64,000 nt of DNA from Guillardia theta CCMP2712 (Eukaryota > Protista > Cryptophyta), in assembly GCF_000315625.1 (NCBI RefSeq), contig NW_005434658.1, positions 893,504 through 957,503 on the forward strand. The letters are read 5' to 3'. This document shows, in pieces, positions 1-12,709 of this stretch (its first letter is position 1; every line of letters starts with the position of its first letter). The notes under the pieces are model-generated. The model ran no database searches. It was not told where the DNA came from and was given only the letters and a program-made list of their open reading frames with translations. A program made the translations under genes and the position numbers.

Positions 1-20
1 TCCCCCCCACGTCCCCCCAC

Positions 21-114
21 GTCCCTCCCCTCCCCTCCCCTCCCTCCCCTCCCCTCCCCTCCCCTCCCCTCCCCTCCCCTCCCCTCCCCTCCCCTCCCCT
101 CCCCTCCCCTCCCC
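21..114. repeat. (CCCCT)n pentanucleotide microsatellite, intronic
   Basis: Direct inspection. Confidence 0.9.
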
Positions 115-124
115 TTTCGTCTCA

Positions 125-2683
125 CCTGGTCATGCAGGAAGGTCTCACAAGGCGCGAGCGGTCTGCTGCCCTCGTGAGCATTTAGGACGCGCTGTGGATA
201 GCGCAGGGTGAAGCCCTCGAGGTGCGGGAAGGAGACGTCGCCGACGATGCTCTGATAGTCTCCGTTCCTCTGCGTCACGTTCTTCATGTGAGCCGCCATG
301 TGCGCGCACATGATGCAGCAGGATGTATAGCCCAGGCAGAGCCGGACGGCAACCCCACCCTTGTTGCCAGCCATGCCGCGAAGACCGGTCCTGCATGCTT
401 CCACGCTGACGTTGGAAATGAGGGACTTGATGCTCGGGGAAGCGAAGACGAGGAGGACGACGCCGACGAGCTGCCGGGAGGCAATGAGAGAGAGCTCCTT
501 CTTGGAGCCGAAAATTTCTAAAAAATGTTCAGTAAGGAAGGAAGAGGAGGAGGAGGATCAGAGGAGGACGGGGATCAGAGGAGGAGAGGGAGGAGGAGGA
601 GGATAAAAACGGAACAAAGACAATACAAGGAGTGAGAGAGAAAGGAAGGAGGAAGGAAGAGATCAGAAACACAGAGGAACAAGAGAAGAGCAAGGGAGAA
701 GCTCGCGGAGGAGGGAGGGGGGCTGCACGCACCAGCGATCGCAGCTTCAACCTCCTGCGTCCATCTGCTCATCACGGAGCTCTTGCCCGCATCCTCGTCC
801 GAAAGGTCAGCAAGGATCCCTTGTCCTGTGTCCTTGAGAACTGACATGGCGCCCAACTCCACCGCCTCCTGCAGCCCCAGCACGTAGAGGTCCGGGCCCT
901 CCGTCCCCCACTCCTTCACAGCTGGGAGCAGCCAGCCCATGATCTCGTCCTTGCTCATAACCTTTCCGTTGACGTTCCACGAGCCGACGAACACACTCAC
1001 CCTCCTGCCCTCCCACAGATCCTCCTCGCTTCCTGCCAGCAGCCCGTGCCTCCTCCAAGCCAGCTGCGCCTCCTCCCCCGTCACGCGCAGGGAGGAGAGC
1101 AGCTGCAGCGCGACGTCTGCTCCTCCGCTCGAGGAGGAAGCAAAACCGCCGATGGCGCTCGCAGTGTTGACGAACTTGGAGTAGAAGGAGGAGGCGACGC
1201 CTCCGGTGATGCCGGAGAACCGGGAGGAGATTCCAGAGTTAGAGCTCGGGGGGTCGCTGCCCGTCGACTGCCGGAACAGGCTGATGCCGTTGGCCGCCCA
1301 CTGGGTGAGGAGGAGAGAGAGGAGGGGCTGGGGCACTGAGCTCGAGCCAAGGGAAGAAAGGAAAGATTCCATGGCGCGGAGAGCGAGCAGCGTCTGGAAG
1401 TTGTTGACTTCGAGGAGGTCGAAGCCATGCACGCGATGGAAGCTCGTCTGCCTCCTCTCCTCCCCTTGCCGCTCCCTCTCCATCCCCCGCATGCTGAAGT
1501 CATGCGTGAACTTGGAGCCGGTTGCCTTGTCGAGGGGGTCGACCGGCATCGACATGCTCGTGCACTGCACGTGATCCATGCTGCTGCTCTCCTTCCCGGC
1601 GATCTTCACCGCAGCCTCCAGCGACCTCGCCAGCATCGTCTCGTCTGAGGACTTGGACACGGTGGAGGAGCTGATACCCACCAGCACTAGCTGGTCCGAG
1701 TAGATGCTGGCGAGCTTAGCGATGTGGCTGCGGAGGGAGGCGGCGGACTCGTTCTCCGGGGCGGCGGAGATGGAGGAGCTAGAGCTCTTGCCCCACACCA
1801 GAGGACAAGACCCTCTCATGCTCGCATGCCTGAACTCCGTCCTCCTCCCCGCACTGTTGCTCGCCCACAGAATCATCTGCGTCTCCACAAAGTCCGCCGA
1901 GTTCCCTTCCTCGTCGAGCCCCGAGGACGATCGCGGCCAGGACCGTACCCTGCTCCTCCTGGAGATCACAGCAAGAGACAGCTTGCTGGATCGGAGCTGA
2001 GGAGCGAAGTTGTCGTCGTCGGAGGAGACCAGGAGCTCTCCTCCCTGCACGCTGCCGCACATGACCGGAACCATCCACTCCAAGGAGAGGTCGACGGTAG
2101 GAGCTTGTTGCAGGGTGAACATCTCAGCAGGAATGAGCATCTCCTTGTTCCATTCGAACTGCTCCTGCGCGTCCTGACTGGCGGCGAGAGGAGACGGAGC
2201 GAAGACGTCAATGACGCCGGAGCGCGTCAGGTCGATGTCGAAGGAGAAGAAGAACCCTTGCGAGGAGAGGGCCGTTTCCAGCGCCTTCACTTCCTTGAGG
2301 ACGTTCTCCGACCTGGCCTTCCTCTCAGGCGCGAAGTTGAAGCTGAACGGCAGGAACTCGACGCGGGTGATCTCACAGATCGTCTTGTCGTCGAACTTGG
2401 CGACCACAGCAGCGTCGGTCACTACCACCAGGAAGCTCTGTGTCTGACGGTGAAAGACCCCCAGAACAGCCATGACGAGCTTCTCGCAACACCCGGGGGG
2501 ATCAGCAGGCATGGGCTCGTAGAAGAAGGAGGAGGTCTCTTTCTGTATCCTCAGAATTCCCTTGTGGCCTCCAGATCGCGGGAAGCAGTAGAAGTTGTCC
2601 GCGTCGAAGCGAACTGTGAAAGCCATAGGCTTCTCCCGGCTGACCACGTTTTCTGATGGTTGTGGCAGATCCTTTGAGCTCAT
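125..2683 (-). CDS. Synaptojanin-like protein: degenerate Sac1 domain plus inositol polyphosphate 5-phosphatase (multi-exon, continues off the window start)
   Basis: ORF 575-2683 has Sac1-like motifs (FFFSFDIDLT, QFEWN, WMVPVMCG, LAVISRRS, ADFVETQ, RGSCPLVW) followed by the 5-phosphatase start VFVGSWNVNG...PDLYVLGLQE. The next exon (~125-518) reads SRQLVG...GMAGNKGGVAVRL...CAHMAAH...RNGDY. Confidence 0.85.
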
Positions 2684-3248
2684 AGTTGAAGTGTGTGAGA
2701 GGAGGAGAAAGAAGTTGATGGACTACCTCCTACCTCGTCTGATCTCTGCCTCCCTTCCTGTCACTCACACAGACAGTCCAGTGACTCGCTGCCTAGTCAA
2801 TGTTCCACGTGCTTGGCTCTGCGATATCACCCTCTATCCTCTTCTATCTCTCTCTGTGCTCACTCTGCTCTCTTCGTCCTTCTCTTTGTCTTCACTCTCT
2901 TCCTCCCTTCCTCCTCCTCCTCCTCGTCTCTGCCTCCTCTCCTCCTCTCACTGCGTCATCGCTGGCTCACCAGCGACGCCATTCCCCCAAACTGTGTTGT
3001 AACGGTCAAAGTAACCGTCATCATTCTGTTTGAAACTGTCAGCCTTCAGCTGGCCCCACCGGGCCGGGGGGGCCGGCCGCCCGGCCGGACACTGTGACTC
3101 AGTGCTCGGATCGGAGTTGGACAGTCAGCTAGCCGCCGGACAACCGGGCCGGAGATGCCGTTGCCCGGGCCCGAAGTTGCCGGACACTATATAGTGAGAC
3201 AAACTGATTTCTTACAATAACTGTGCTAGATTGAGACCGCCCCTCCGG

Positions 3249-6200
3249 TCAACCCCAGCTCTGGTCCAGCACCATCCTTTGCGTCGCCACCCGTGGGCGT
3301 GACAGGCTCGGAGTCAGGAGAAGAGAGGATGCCGTGAAAGCCTTCGATGACCTGAAGCTCAAGTCACTGACCTCCTGGAAGGAAGGCCCGGAGGGAGGGA
3401 AGGAGAGGGAGGGAGGGGAGGGGCAGGCGGGGCAGGAAAGGGCCGCCGAGGGTGTTTGACACCTGTTGGCGGTGGAAGTCAGCAAAATTGTTCTGGACGC
3501 AGCGCTTGATCGACAGCACTCCATCCTGTCAGCAAGTAAGAGGGAGCCGGAGAGCAGCCGGAGTAGGATGTCATGCCTGGAAGAGTCCCCCCACTGTTCT
3601 CTTGCCCGTCCTGGTGAGATCGCCTTTGAGGGCTGGGGAGATGGTGAGCAGAAACAAGATGCCGTAAGAGCGACGGGGAGAAGCGATGGGGAGGAGAGGA
3701 GGAGGAAAGGAAAGAGGGGAATCTCAGGGAGGACCAGCAGAAGGGGGGGAAGGGGGGGGAGCTACTGAGAACGAAAGAGGAGAAGCAGAGGAGGGAGAGG
3801 AGAAAGAGAGGAGAGTAGAGTGGGAGGGCACTCTAGGAAGCTGCAAGAGAAGGGAGCTGTACCTGCTGTGCCGGAGTACTGCACTGAGATGAAGTCGCCA
3901 TGGTCGGCCCACAGCGCCTTGAACTGCTGTAATATCAGCCTCCTCCTCCTCCTGCCTCTTCATCCTGCCTGTTTACTCATCTGCTCCGCCCAGGGGAAGG
4001 GAAGTTTCGTCTCTGTCGCCACGGCTGCCAGGCACGCGTCGCTGTCCTGGAGAGCCGTCATGACCAGCCCTATGTCTGCTCTCTCCCTCAACCTCCATGC
4101 TGATCGCCCCGATCGCTGCCAGCTGCTTCATGGCGATGTGGAAGGACAAGACGCTCTGCGAGCTTGTGTGAAGATGCTCCCCCTCTCCTCCTCCTCCTCC
4201 TCGTCCGCCTCTCTCTCATCTTTGTGCCCCTGCCCCTGCCCTTGCCCCTGCCCCTCCTCCTCCTGCCCCCCGCGCTCCCCTCCTGCCCCCTCTCCCACCC
4301 TTCCATTACCCCCTCTTTTCGCTGCTTACCTGCGCGACATTCGTTCGGTCCAGACAGTCCACACAGTTGACTCGCATGACTCCACCTTGCTGCCTGTCCT
4401 CCCGCAAACCTCCATCCCTAACCTTGAGCAAGCAAAACCCGTGGGACTCAAGTTGCGATGAGCATTCGTTGACAAGCAGCGGCAGATTCCTACAGGAAAA
4501 GGAGGAGGAGAAGGAGATAGGAGGAGGAGGTAGGAGGTAGGAGGAGGTAGGAGGAAGGAATACATCAACAACACATTGGCTTGCAACGGGTTCTCAAACA
4601 CCTGAAAGCTAATTTCCCGCAGATGTTATGGAAGTCGAAGGGAATGAAGACTATGTCTCCCTCCAGCTCCTTCTTCGCCTGCCCGACAAGGATCAACAGG
4701 CTCTAGAAGGAGGTTGGGGGGCGGGGGGGAGCACAGAAGGAAGGCGAAGGAGGACAGTGAGAGTCTCAGTCAAGATTCTCAGCACCTCCTGCACCATCCT
4801 CTCGTACGCCAACCCCAACGGCCGCTCGTGAGACGAGTCCTTCTGCTCCACCAGCGAGAGGATCGCGAGCTTGCCGTACTGCCCACTCAGCTCCTGCACG
4901 AAGTGAGGAGGAACAATCTTCCACCCTGCATGCTCAACCATCAGGTGCTTGGACAGAGGGTTCCCATGCTCGCTGTCGTTCCCTAGCTCGGGCTGGAGGG
5001 CAGCAGGGACTCAGTTGGAGGCTAGCTGGGGTCTGATAGACCTTAGGCTTGTGCTTGAGGTTCAGGAAGGCGTCTGCTTCCGTCCAGATGAGGGGGATTG
5101 AGCCTCGGACCTGACGAAAAGACGATGAGAGGAGCAGAAAGGAGATCCCCTCCCTTCCTTCCTCCCCTCCCTCCCTCCCTCCTTTCTCCGTTCCTCCCTC
5201 TCTCCCCTCCCCTCTTTCCCTCTCCCTCACAATCACAAACGAAGAGACGGAAGTCTCCCGGTCGCTCGGCCCTGCCGCGTCCTGTGCGGAATCTGCATGA
5301 AGCAGCTCAACCTCAGCTGGCAGCCAGCTGCTGCACATCTACCCATGGTCGCGCTCGTCCAAGGAGAGATGATCTGTTCGGTCTCGACGCTGTTGGAAAC
5401 GTGCCCGTCTGCGTCTACCCCCCTTGACAAGTACCTGACAACCCCTTCAGCTAACCCCCCACTTCTCCTTCATCCCTGCTCCCCTGCTCCTGCTCACCTG
5501 TAGCCCGATCGCCTCCAGTCTCGTCTACCGATGACGAGAAGACTCGCAGTCTCGTCGCTCGACAGGGGGATGCTGCGGAAGCCGACGAAGCCACTGACAA
5601 CAGGCAGGAGGCAGTCAGTGTGGTGGAGGGCGCTGAATGGCTTGAGGATGTTGTGATTCCAGATGAAGCGATTCTCTCGCTCCTCGTAAGTCCCGTTGTA
5701 CGACTGGTGGAAGTTTGATCTGAACTTCTCTGCCAGCCTTTGCTGGGTTTGCGTCACATCCCAATCATAACTGAAAAACATGTTGAACGTGTCCAGCAGC
5801 TCTTCCAGCTGGAAAATGTCCACGTCATCACACACGCAGGGCTGTGGGGCTCTCAGGAACGACTCACCAGCTTGTACTCGATGGCTCGATTCGAGAGCTC
5901 CAGAGGGTTCGGGTCGGATTTCTTGGCAAGTACTCGTACGCTGCTCGAGCTGACCTTGTAGATCACTCCACAGTGCATGCTCGCCACCATCTGCCTCCCC
6001 GTACACAGGATGAGGTAGCTCGCATGCATCAGGTTTGCGATCCCCAGGATCCCCATGATCTCTGCCTTGGCCTTTCCGCGCACCATGCTCTCCGCCTCCT
6101 CCACCGCAAGGGACGAGATCTCGATAGAGGAGCGGTCTATCAGCACAGCCTCCCGCTTCGCCGCGCCGCTGCTCGGGGTCGGAAGCACGGGAGGCATGAT

Positions 6201-6863
6201 GACGAATTTGTCGGGGAACGTGTAGAGGTACATACAGTAGTCCTTGGGCTTCGGGTCTACCTGCGGGGCCAACTCCTTCTGGATGTTCTTGAGGACGGGC
6301 AGGGCTGCGGACGTGGCCACTTGCTTGACCATGATAGCCCTGTTGGAGATGTTCTCGAAAATGGCGTTGTTCTGCACTGAAGTCTGCAGGTTCTTCATCT
6401 GCTTCATCAACGATCCTTGCAGGGGAGCAACTCCTGCCCATAGCCGGTCTGCCCCCTTTCTGATCCCCTCGCTGAAGCGAGAGCGGCTCCCCTCGGAGTC
6501 TGACGGCTGGAAGTTGATCCATGGAACGAACTGTGCGTCATTGATAGAGAACTCAATTCGAGGGACTTCCACGACCACGACTTCGTCCTCCAAGTTCGCA
6601 TCTTTCTCCTCGTCCTCAGACTCCTTCCTCCTTAAAGTCAGGATCACGGTGCTTCCTGCAGGCCCTTGAAAGTACTTGGCGAGATCGGCTGCCGACTTCC
6701 CTTCCACCTCGATGCCATCGATCGTCAAGAGCTCATCCCCTTGTTTGAGTTCGCCACAGGCATCGGCGCCTGATCCCGGCACGAGGCTTTCGATCCGAAG
6801 AGGCGTCCCACCCTCCTTCTCGTCGAAAACGATCCCCACGCCGACAATCTTCTCTTCAGACAT
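3249..6863 (-). CDS. PDZ domain plus Sac1 phosphoinositide phosphatase (multi-exon; 3' end approximate)
   Basis: N-terminal PDZ (VGVGIVF...IESLVPGSGADACGELKQGDELLTIDG...GPAGSTVILTLRR). Sac1 motifs FFSYDWDVT, RFIWN, RGVDADGHVSNSVETEQI, QVRGSIPLIW. The intact catalytic RVNCVDCLDRTN is read from the exon at ~4330-4390. Confidence 0.85.
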
Positions 6864-7902
6864 GGAAGATCATGCGGGTGTGATATGAAGGTTCTCAACG
6901 ACCAGGCTTGGCAATCATGGAAGTTAGCAGATGCCCTGCATTAATCCGAATAAAAGCAATTAGTTGTCGTGTCGCCAAAGCTTCACCTAGTCAAAGATGT
7001 CCAAAATGCTGCATTCAATCTTTCAGGATCTCTTGTTCTGCTTCGTCTCTCCCTACGTTTTTGTGGAGCGCTACACCGATTATGATCTTGATATTTTCCT
7101 GCTTCTCTCCATTTCTTGTTTCTTGCTCTACTTCGCCAGGGTATGTATTTGACCACCTCCAGATCTCATTTCTGCGTATCATGCTCAAACTCCATACCTC
7201 ACTCTCGCTCTTACATCCTCTCATGCTCTTAGTCTCTGTATGTCTTTCTCTCTCTCAATCATAATCATTGCTTCATTCCTCCTCCTCCTTCTCCTCCTGC
7301 ACTAACCTACGGTGCTCGCTTTTCCCCAACATATTTCATCGGTGACCAATCCCCCAACACACCCACCCTACCCTACCGGACACCATATGGACCCTGACTC
7401 ATTACCCCTACTCTTTAGCTAATTTTGTGGGGTTATGACACCCACCCCACTTTCTATAGCTTGATATCTGAGGGGGACTTGCTCGACCTGGTGAAGGTCA
7501 TGAAAGGGGTACCCCCACCAACCTTGTCCCTCCAAAAACTGGAGAAATTTAGGGGTACTCAGGGTACTGTGAACCGACCACCATTCACCATGTAGTACCC
7601 CCTGTACTGTACTAGGGTGTTCATGGGAAAAATAGGGGGTATACTGACCCTACCCCCTGACTAGAATTTATCCTAGTGGAATGAACCCCTCCTTTCCTCC
7701 TCATTCCCGTCCTCCCCTCCCCCGACCCCCTTCCCTGCCGCTCCTCCTGCCAGCAGTTGGCTTACTTCACCCCTGCTGCCCTGCTGTTTGACCTCTTACT
7801 TTTCTGTGATCTGGATCCTCCCGATCCGAGGCACCGAGGGCTTGGCCCCCATCTTTTCCAGTTTGCAACAGCCTTGATTGAGTCGACAGGAGTAAGCACA
7901 AG

Positions 7903-8536
7903 ATGGCTCGTATTCAACATGTTTACACTCAATTCTGTACAATCATATCGCTCATTTTCCATGTCTCTGGTCTCTCGCTCAGTACTGGCCCTGTACATGG
8001 CTCCTTGATTAGGAAAATCAATGATGCAAAGCTCGCATTGCGCCCAAGCAGCATCCCCTTATCTTCCAGCCTTGCTCTGCTCATGAAATTGCGTGGTGGT
8101 GCCAAGTCTAAGAACCATACAAATCATAACCAGAACCGTAAGGCTCATCGCAACGGAATCAAACGCGTGAAGACGTGAGGGCCTTTCCTGTTTCTTGTTG
8201 TGATCTGGTCCACAACGGTGTCAACTTTCTTCTGATTTGTTATGCAGGCATAGATTCGAATCGACAAAAGGCCGCAGTCTGAAGCTGTGGAGAAATGACA
8301 AGTACTCACGCAGAGGGTCTATGCGTGTGCATCGCAAGAATATCTTGCCAAAGAAGATAGCAATCAGGGAGGCAAGGCTGGAACAAATCGCTTCCACCGT
8401 CCTGTCACCAGTGAAGAAGATGGGCTCGGAGACGGAGTCCGGGAACTCCAACAAAGACGAAATGGAGACTGAAGCCCAAAACACAGATGAGGCTGTTGGA
8501 GACGATGGAATGCATGACGGAACGGCTGAAGCGTAA
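7903..8536 (+). CDS. RPL29: Ribosomal protein eL29 with N-terminal signal/transit presequence ending in LRGG; intron 8175-8247
   Basis: AKSKNHTNHNQNRKAHRNGIK is the eL29 N-terminus. Splicing GTGAGG...TGCAG joins it in frame to HRFESTKGRSLKLWRNDKY. A 66-aa N-terminal extension precedes it. Confidence 0.85.
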
Positions 8537-8769
8537 GATGAAATAATGGACTAACAATCTCGTGACATCAGGTAAGTTTATTTTGATGGCAGCATCTATG
8601 TTGTTGGTCAAGCTGAGCTGCAGTGTCGCATACACAAAGTATAGTTCTGTTATTTCACTCTTTGAGCCAAAAAAAATGCAACAAAACATCACGATCCATA
8701 ATTCCTTCATCCGACTTCTATTCATCCCCAGATCACCACCTTCTTTCGTTTCAATCAAGATTAATGTAT

Positions 8770-9561
8770 TTAGGAGCTTTCGATCAATCTGTCGATTTCG
8801 TGCACTCGATTGAGAATCTAAGGAAGGAGTTGTCAGACGCCGGAGATAGACTAATCACAAATCATTATGAATACCTGCACTTTGCTAGTCTCCATAACTT
8901 CGCCGGCAAGAAAATATTCGTCAAGAATCACGAAGACCTGTCATGAATGTTCGCGAAATTCAAATTACACACAAAGTGAAACCTTGTGAAAGTTGAACAC
9001 AAGGTCAAGCTCACACACGTTTCCGAAGTATTGATCCAGAATCTATAATCTAGGTCAGAAATCCCCAGCACTGAATGCTTCCAACAATATCATATTACTT
9101 CAACAAACAAGTGGATTGCCTCCAAGCAAGCAAGTTCATTGTCATTTACATCCACACAGAGCGTGAAAAATAGTCCCGCATATCTCCTGTAAACTGCGTC
9201 AAAGAAAACCTTATACAAACTCAGAGGATAGCAGGAAAGCATTTCTAAATGAGGGATTTGACTTAACCTGTAAACTAACTTGTGAGTTCTCCATTCTACA
9301 AAGTTTGTGAACTTTGATTCACGTTGGGTAACGACTTTATGGCACTCCAGCTGAGTAAGAGAACACATTCAAATCAGCGTCGCTGGCCATGCTCAAAGGG
9401 TCTCCCTTCACCTGGATCGACTGCTTCTCGGTATCGTCGTAGGGAACGTACCACTTGGAGAGACGAGTCTTCCCCTGTCTGTTCTGTAGGAGGAGGAAGC
9501 GGATCTACAGCCATGGTCTCAGCTGCTCTGCTGCCGTTCGCTCTCGCCTCCAACTCACCAT
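8770..9561 (-). CDS. AP2S1: AP-2 complex sigma subunit (multi-exon)
   Basis: Spliced exons read M|[19 protein letters not shown]...|...[14 protein letters not shown]|...[30 protein letters not shown]|...[16 protein letters not shown]|[19 protein letters not shown]. Confidence 0.9.
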
Positions 9562-10563
9562 TGGGCGCCTTCCTTGAGGAATATTGCGTGGTGGGAGGGG
9601 TTGGGGTGAATGGTTCAAAAGTACCGGTGGGTAGGTCTGTGGGAAATTTATCCATGGTGGGTACAGAAACATTGAAGTCTGCTGATGGTGGGGTTATATA
9701 AATTGACCGGCAAGGACTAGGAAAATGGAAGGTAAAAAGTAGGGTACTAAAACCACAGGGGGTGAAGTTGTTGGGTACTACCTGTCTAAGACTACCGGTA
9801 AAAGAAATGAAGTCTAAAGAATCAGTGGGGTGGGTAGTGGCAGGTGGGTGGGGGTTATTGGAGGAGATATAGGGGCTCATAACCTGATGAAACGGCATTT
9901 CCCGGGCCGACCGGTGCCGGGCCATGGGCAGGACTGAGAATGTGGTAGAGTTGTGTCCCTTGTACTCGTAGGGGAATCGATGGGGTACATGAACGGTAAA
10001 AACAGGGGGTGGTTGTTCTCGAGAGCGCACCAGGGGTGCTGGAGATAGGAAAATACACGGTGGTAAAAGGGAGGGTGGTACCCCTGGTGTGGTGGCATGC
10101 AAGGGGAAGGATGGGGTAGGGGGTACGTCCTATTTAGTTCTAAGGCGGCCATGGCGCTTTTAAGGGAGGAGGAGGAGGGGGAAGGAGGCAGAGAGCGAAG
10201 ACGCGTGGGGGAGGAGAGACAGGAAAGAGGCAGGAAAAGATGATAGATATGAGGCAGAGGACGATGGGGGGAGACTGAGGGGGATAGAGGAGGGAGGAGG
10301 AGCAAGGTACAACAGGATGAAACTTGGATGGCAGATTGGGGTGTTTCGTGATAGGCGCAAGACACGTATCAACCTTAAGAACACATGAAGCAGCTCCGAT
10401 AATCTGGCAGAGTGAGGCAGAGTGGGAGAAGCAGCGAAGGAGAGAGGAAGAGGAAACAGGGTGTGTAGCCTGGATCAGGACAGGAATTGTAACGTTGCAA
10501 CCAGCAGCAAAGCCTCCATCTCTATCTCCTCCCCCTCACTCTGATCGACAGGTTCTGCTTATC

Positions 10564-12545
10564 ATGAAGGCGGCATTGCTCTGCCTGCCACTGATCTTCT
10601 CTCCCATCGTGGACACCCTCGCCTTCGTCCCGACGCATGTTCACCGCTCATTTTCCGTCGTTCCCTCCCCCACCAGCTGCATGCTCAGAAGCGGCATGAG
10701 ACTCGGCAAGAGAGCAGCAGCAGCGGCGAGGATGAATGCTCTGTCTAACAAGGAGCAGCTGCTGGACCGAGAGAACGCTCACTCCGTCGGGCTGCTGCAG
10801 AACCCGTTCAACGCCCAGGGCTCGAGCGGAGCCTTTCCTGGCCTCCCTGAGCATCTCAGCTTCGTCAAGAGCGTACCCGCAAGGCCAGGGACGCCTACCC
10901 TCAACCCCTGGAAGGACGGCGGGAAGTTCCCTGACGGATGTCCGGAGGATCCTTTCGCGCTGGTGAAGGAGGAGCTGTCGCCATTCTCAGACAGCATCAA
11001 AGACGTTGTTGACACAGACCACCCCATCCTCTCGGAGGCCGCGAAGCATTTCTTCGCCGAGAGGCAGGGGAAGCGCTTCAGGCCCACGATCGTTATGCTC
11101 ATGGCCAAGGCGACGGCACCCAACCCGAAGGAGCACAGGAGCGGGCCCGTGTACGAGAAGCAAGCGGAGCTCGGGCAGATCACTGAAATGATCCACGTGG
11201 CGTCTCTGATCCACGACGACGTGCTGGACGAGGCGGACACGCGACGAGGAGGGGAGTCAGTGCACAAGCTCTACTCGAACAAGGTGAGGAGCGCGAGGGG
11301 AGGGGAGGGGGAAGGGAGGGGAAGGGCTGGACATTTACAAGTGAGCAGGTTGCGGTGATCGCTGGTGACTATCTGCTTGCTCGAGCTTCTGTTGTGCTCG
11401 CTCGGTTGGAGAACACGGAAGTGACTGAGATCATGTCGACCGCTCTGGAGAGTTTGGTGCAGGTGACAAGAGGATGGAGGCTGGAGGAGGCGAGGAGAGG
11501 AGACAAGAGGAGAGGAGGAGGGGGAGTTGAGGAGTTGATCCATCGTATGTGCAGGGAGAGATCATGCAGATCAAGACCGGAGAAGATGACTTGCTAGACA
11601 TGATGACATACTTGAGGAAGAGCTACCACAAGGTAACGAAACTCTGAATCATTCTTTCTCCTCCTCCTCCTCCTCCTCCTCCTTCGTTCACCTTCCTTCC
11701 AGGAAGTGTGCTTGTTTTCATTCTACACATCCCTTCCTCTATTTTCTCTCCTCGTCTCCTGTCCCTCTGACTGGACCAACAGACTGCCTCTCTTATCTGT
11801 GACGCATGCAAGTCCTGTGCCATCCTTGCCGGGTATGAGGAAGAACAGGAGGAGAAGCAGAGGGTGGTGGTGCTGGTGCTGGTGGTGCTGGGCAGAAGAA
11901 AAAGATGGAGGAGGGGACGAGGAAGGAGGACTGAAGTTTTGATGAGGGAAAGACAAGCGACTGCCAATTCTGATGGCTGGCGTTTCAGGCATGCAGCAGA
12001 CAGCGAGGAGGCGAACGCGGCGGAGGAGTACGGATATCACCTCGGACTCTCCTATCAGATCATCGACGACGTGCTGGACTTTACAGGGGCATCGGACGTG
12101 CTGGGAAAGCCGGTAAGAGGAGGGAGCAGTGGAGGGTAAAGGGGAGATGGAAATGGGAAGAGAGGGGTGGAACATAGAGGAGAGCAGAAGAGAGCAGGGG
12201 AAAGAAGGGAGAGTGAAGGAGAGCAGGGGAGAGGAGAAGGTCAAGATGTTGATGTGTGTACAGGCCATGGCTGACGTCAGTCTCGGACTCTCTACTGCTC
12301 CCGTGCTGTACGCGGCTGAGAGCATAGCGGAGCTGAAGCCGATGATCAGGAGGAAGTTCAAGCAGGAGGGAGACGTTGAGAAGACGCTGAGGTTTGTCCT
12401 CCAGTCCGACGGCATCGAGCGCGCCAAGTCTCTCGCTCTCTTCCATGCTCAGCGGGCAGTCAACGCCATCTGTCGCCTCCCTGAGTCCGAGGAGAGGAAC
12501 GCGCTCATCTCGCTTGCTCACATGGTCCTTAGCCGCAAGTCCTAA
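10564..12545 (+). CDS. Solanesyl (long-chain trans-polyprenyl) diphosphate synthase, plastid-targeted (multi-exon)
   Basis: GKRFRP, EMIHVASLIHDDVLDEADTRRG, AGDYLLARAS and YQIIDDVLDF motifs. The signal peptide ends ...TLA-FVP, with Phe at +1 as in complex-plastid stromal presequences. Confidence 0.9.
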
Positions 12546-12709
12546 TTTCTCCTCCTCGCATCCCCCCCCCTCTCCCTCCTCCTCCTCCTCATCCCCTACC
12601 GCAGCTCGGGCTTCATTCTTATCCCAGAGATGTACTCATTTTCCTCCTCTCTTTGCCTTCCTCTCCCTCTCCCTCCCCTCTTCGTATGCAGTAAAGGCTC
12701 GTGGCTGCT

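Noticed and set aside
1724-2656. Long antisense ORFs over GC-rich host genes (this one and many similar)
   Set aside because: Shadow frames of real genes caused by GC-rich codon usage; no recognisable domains.
9374-10102. 242-aa minus-strand ORF
   Set aside because: It overlaps AP-2 sigma exons in another frame and low-complexity upstream DNA, with no protein features.
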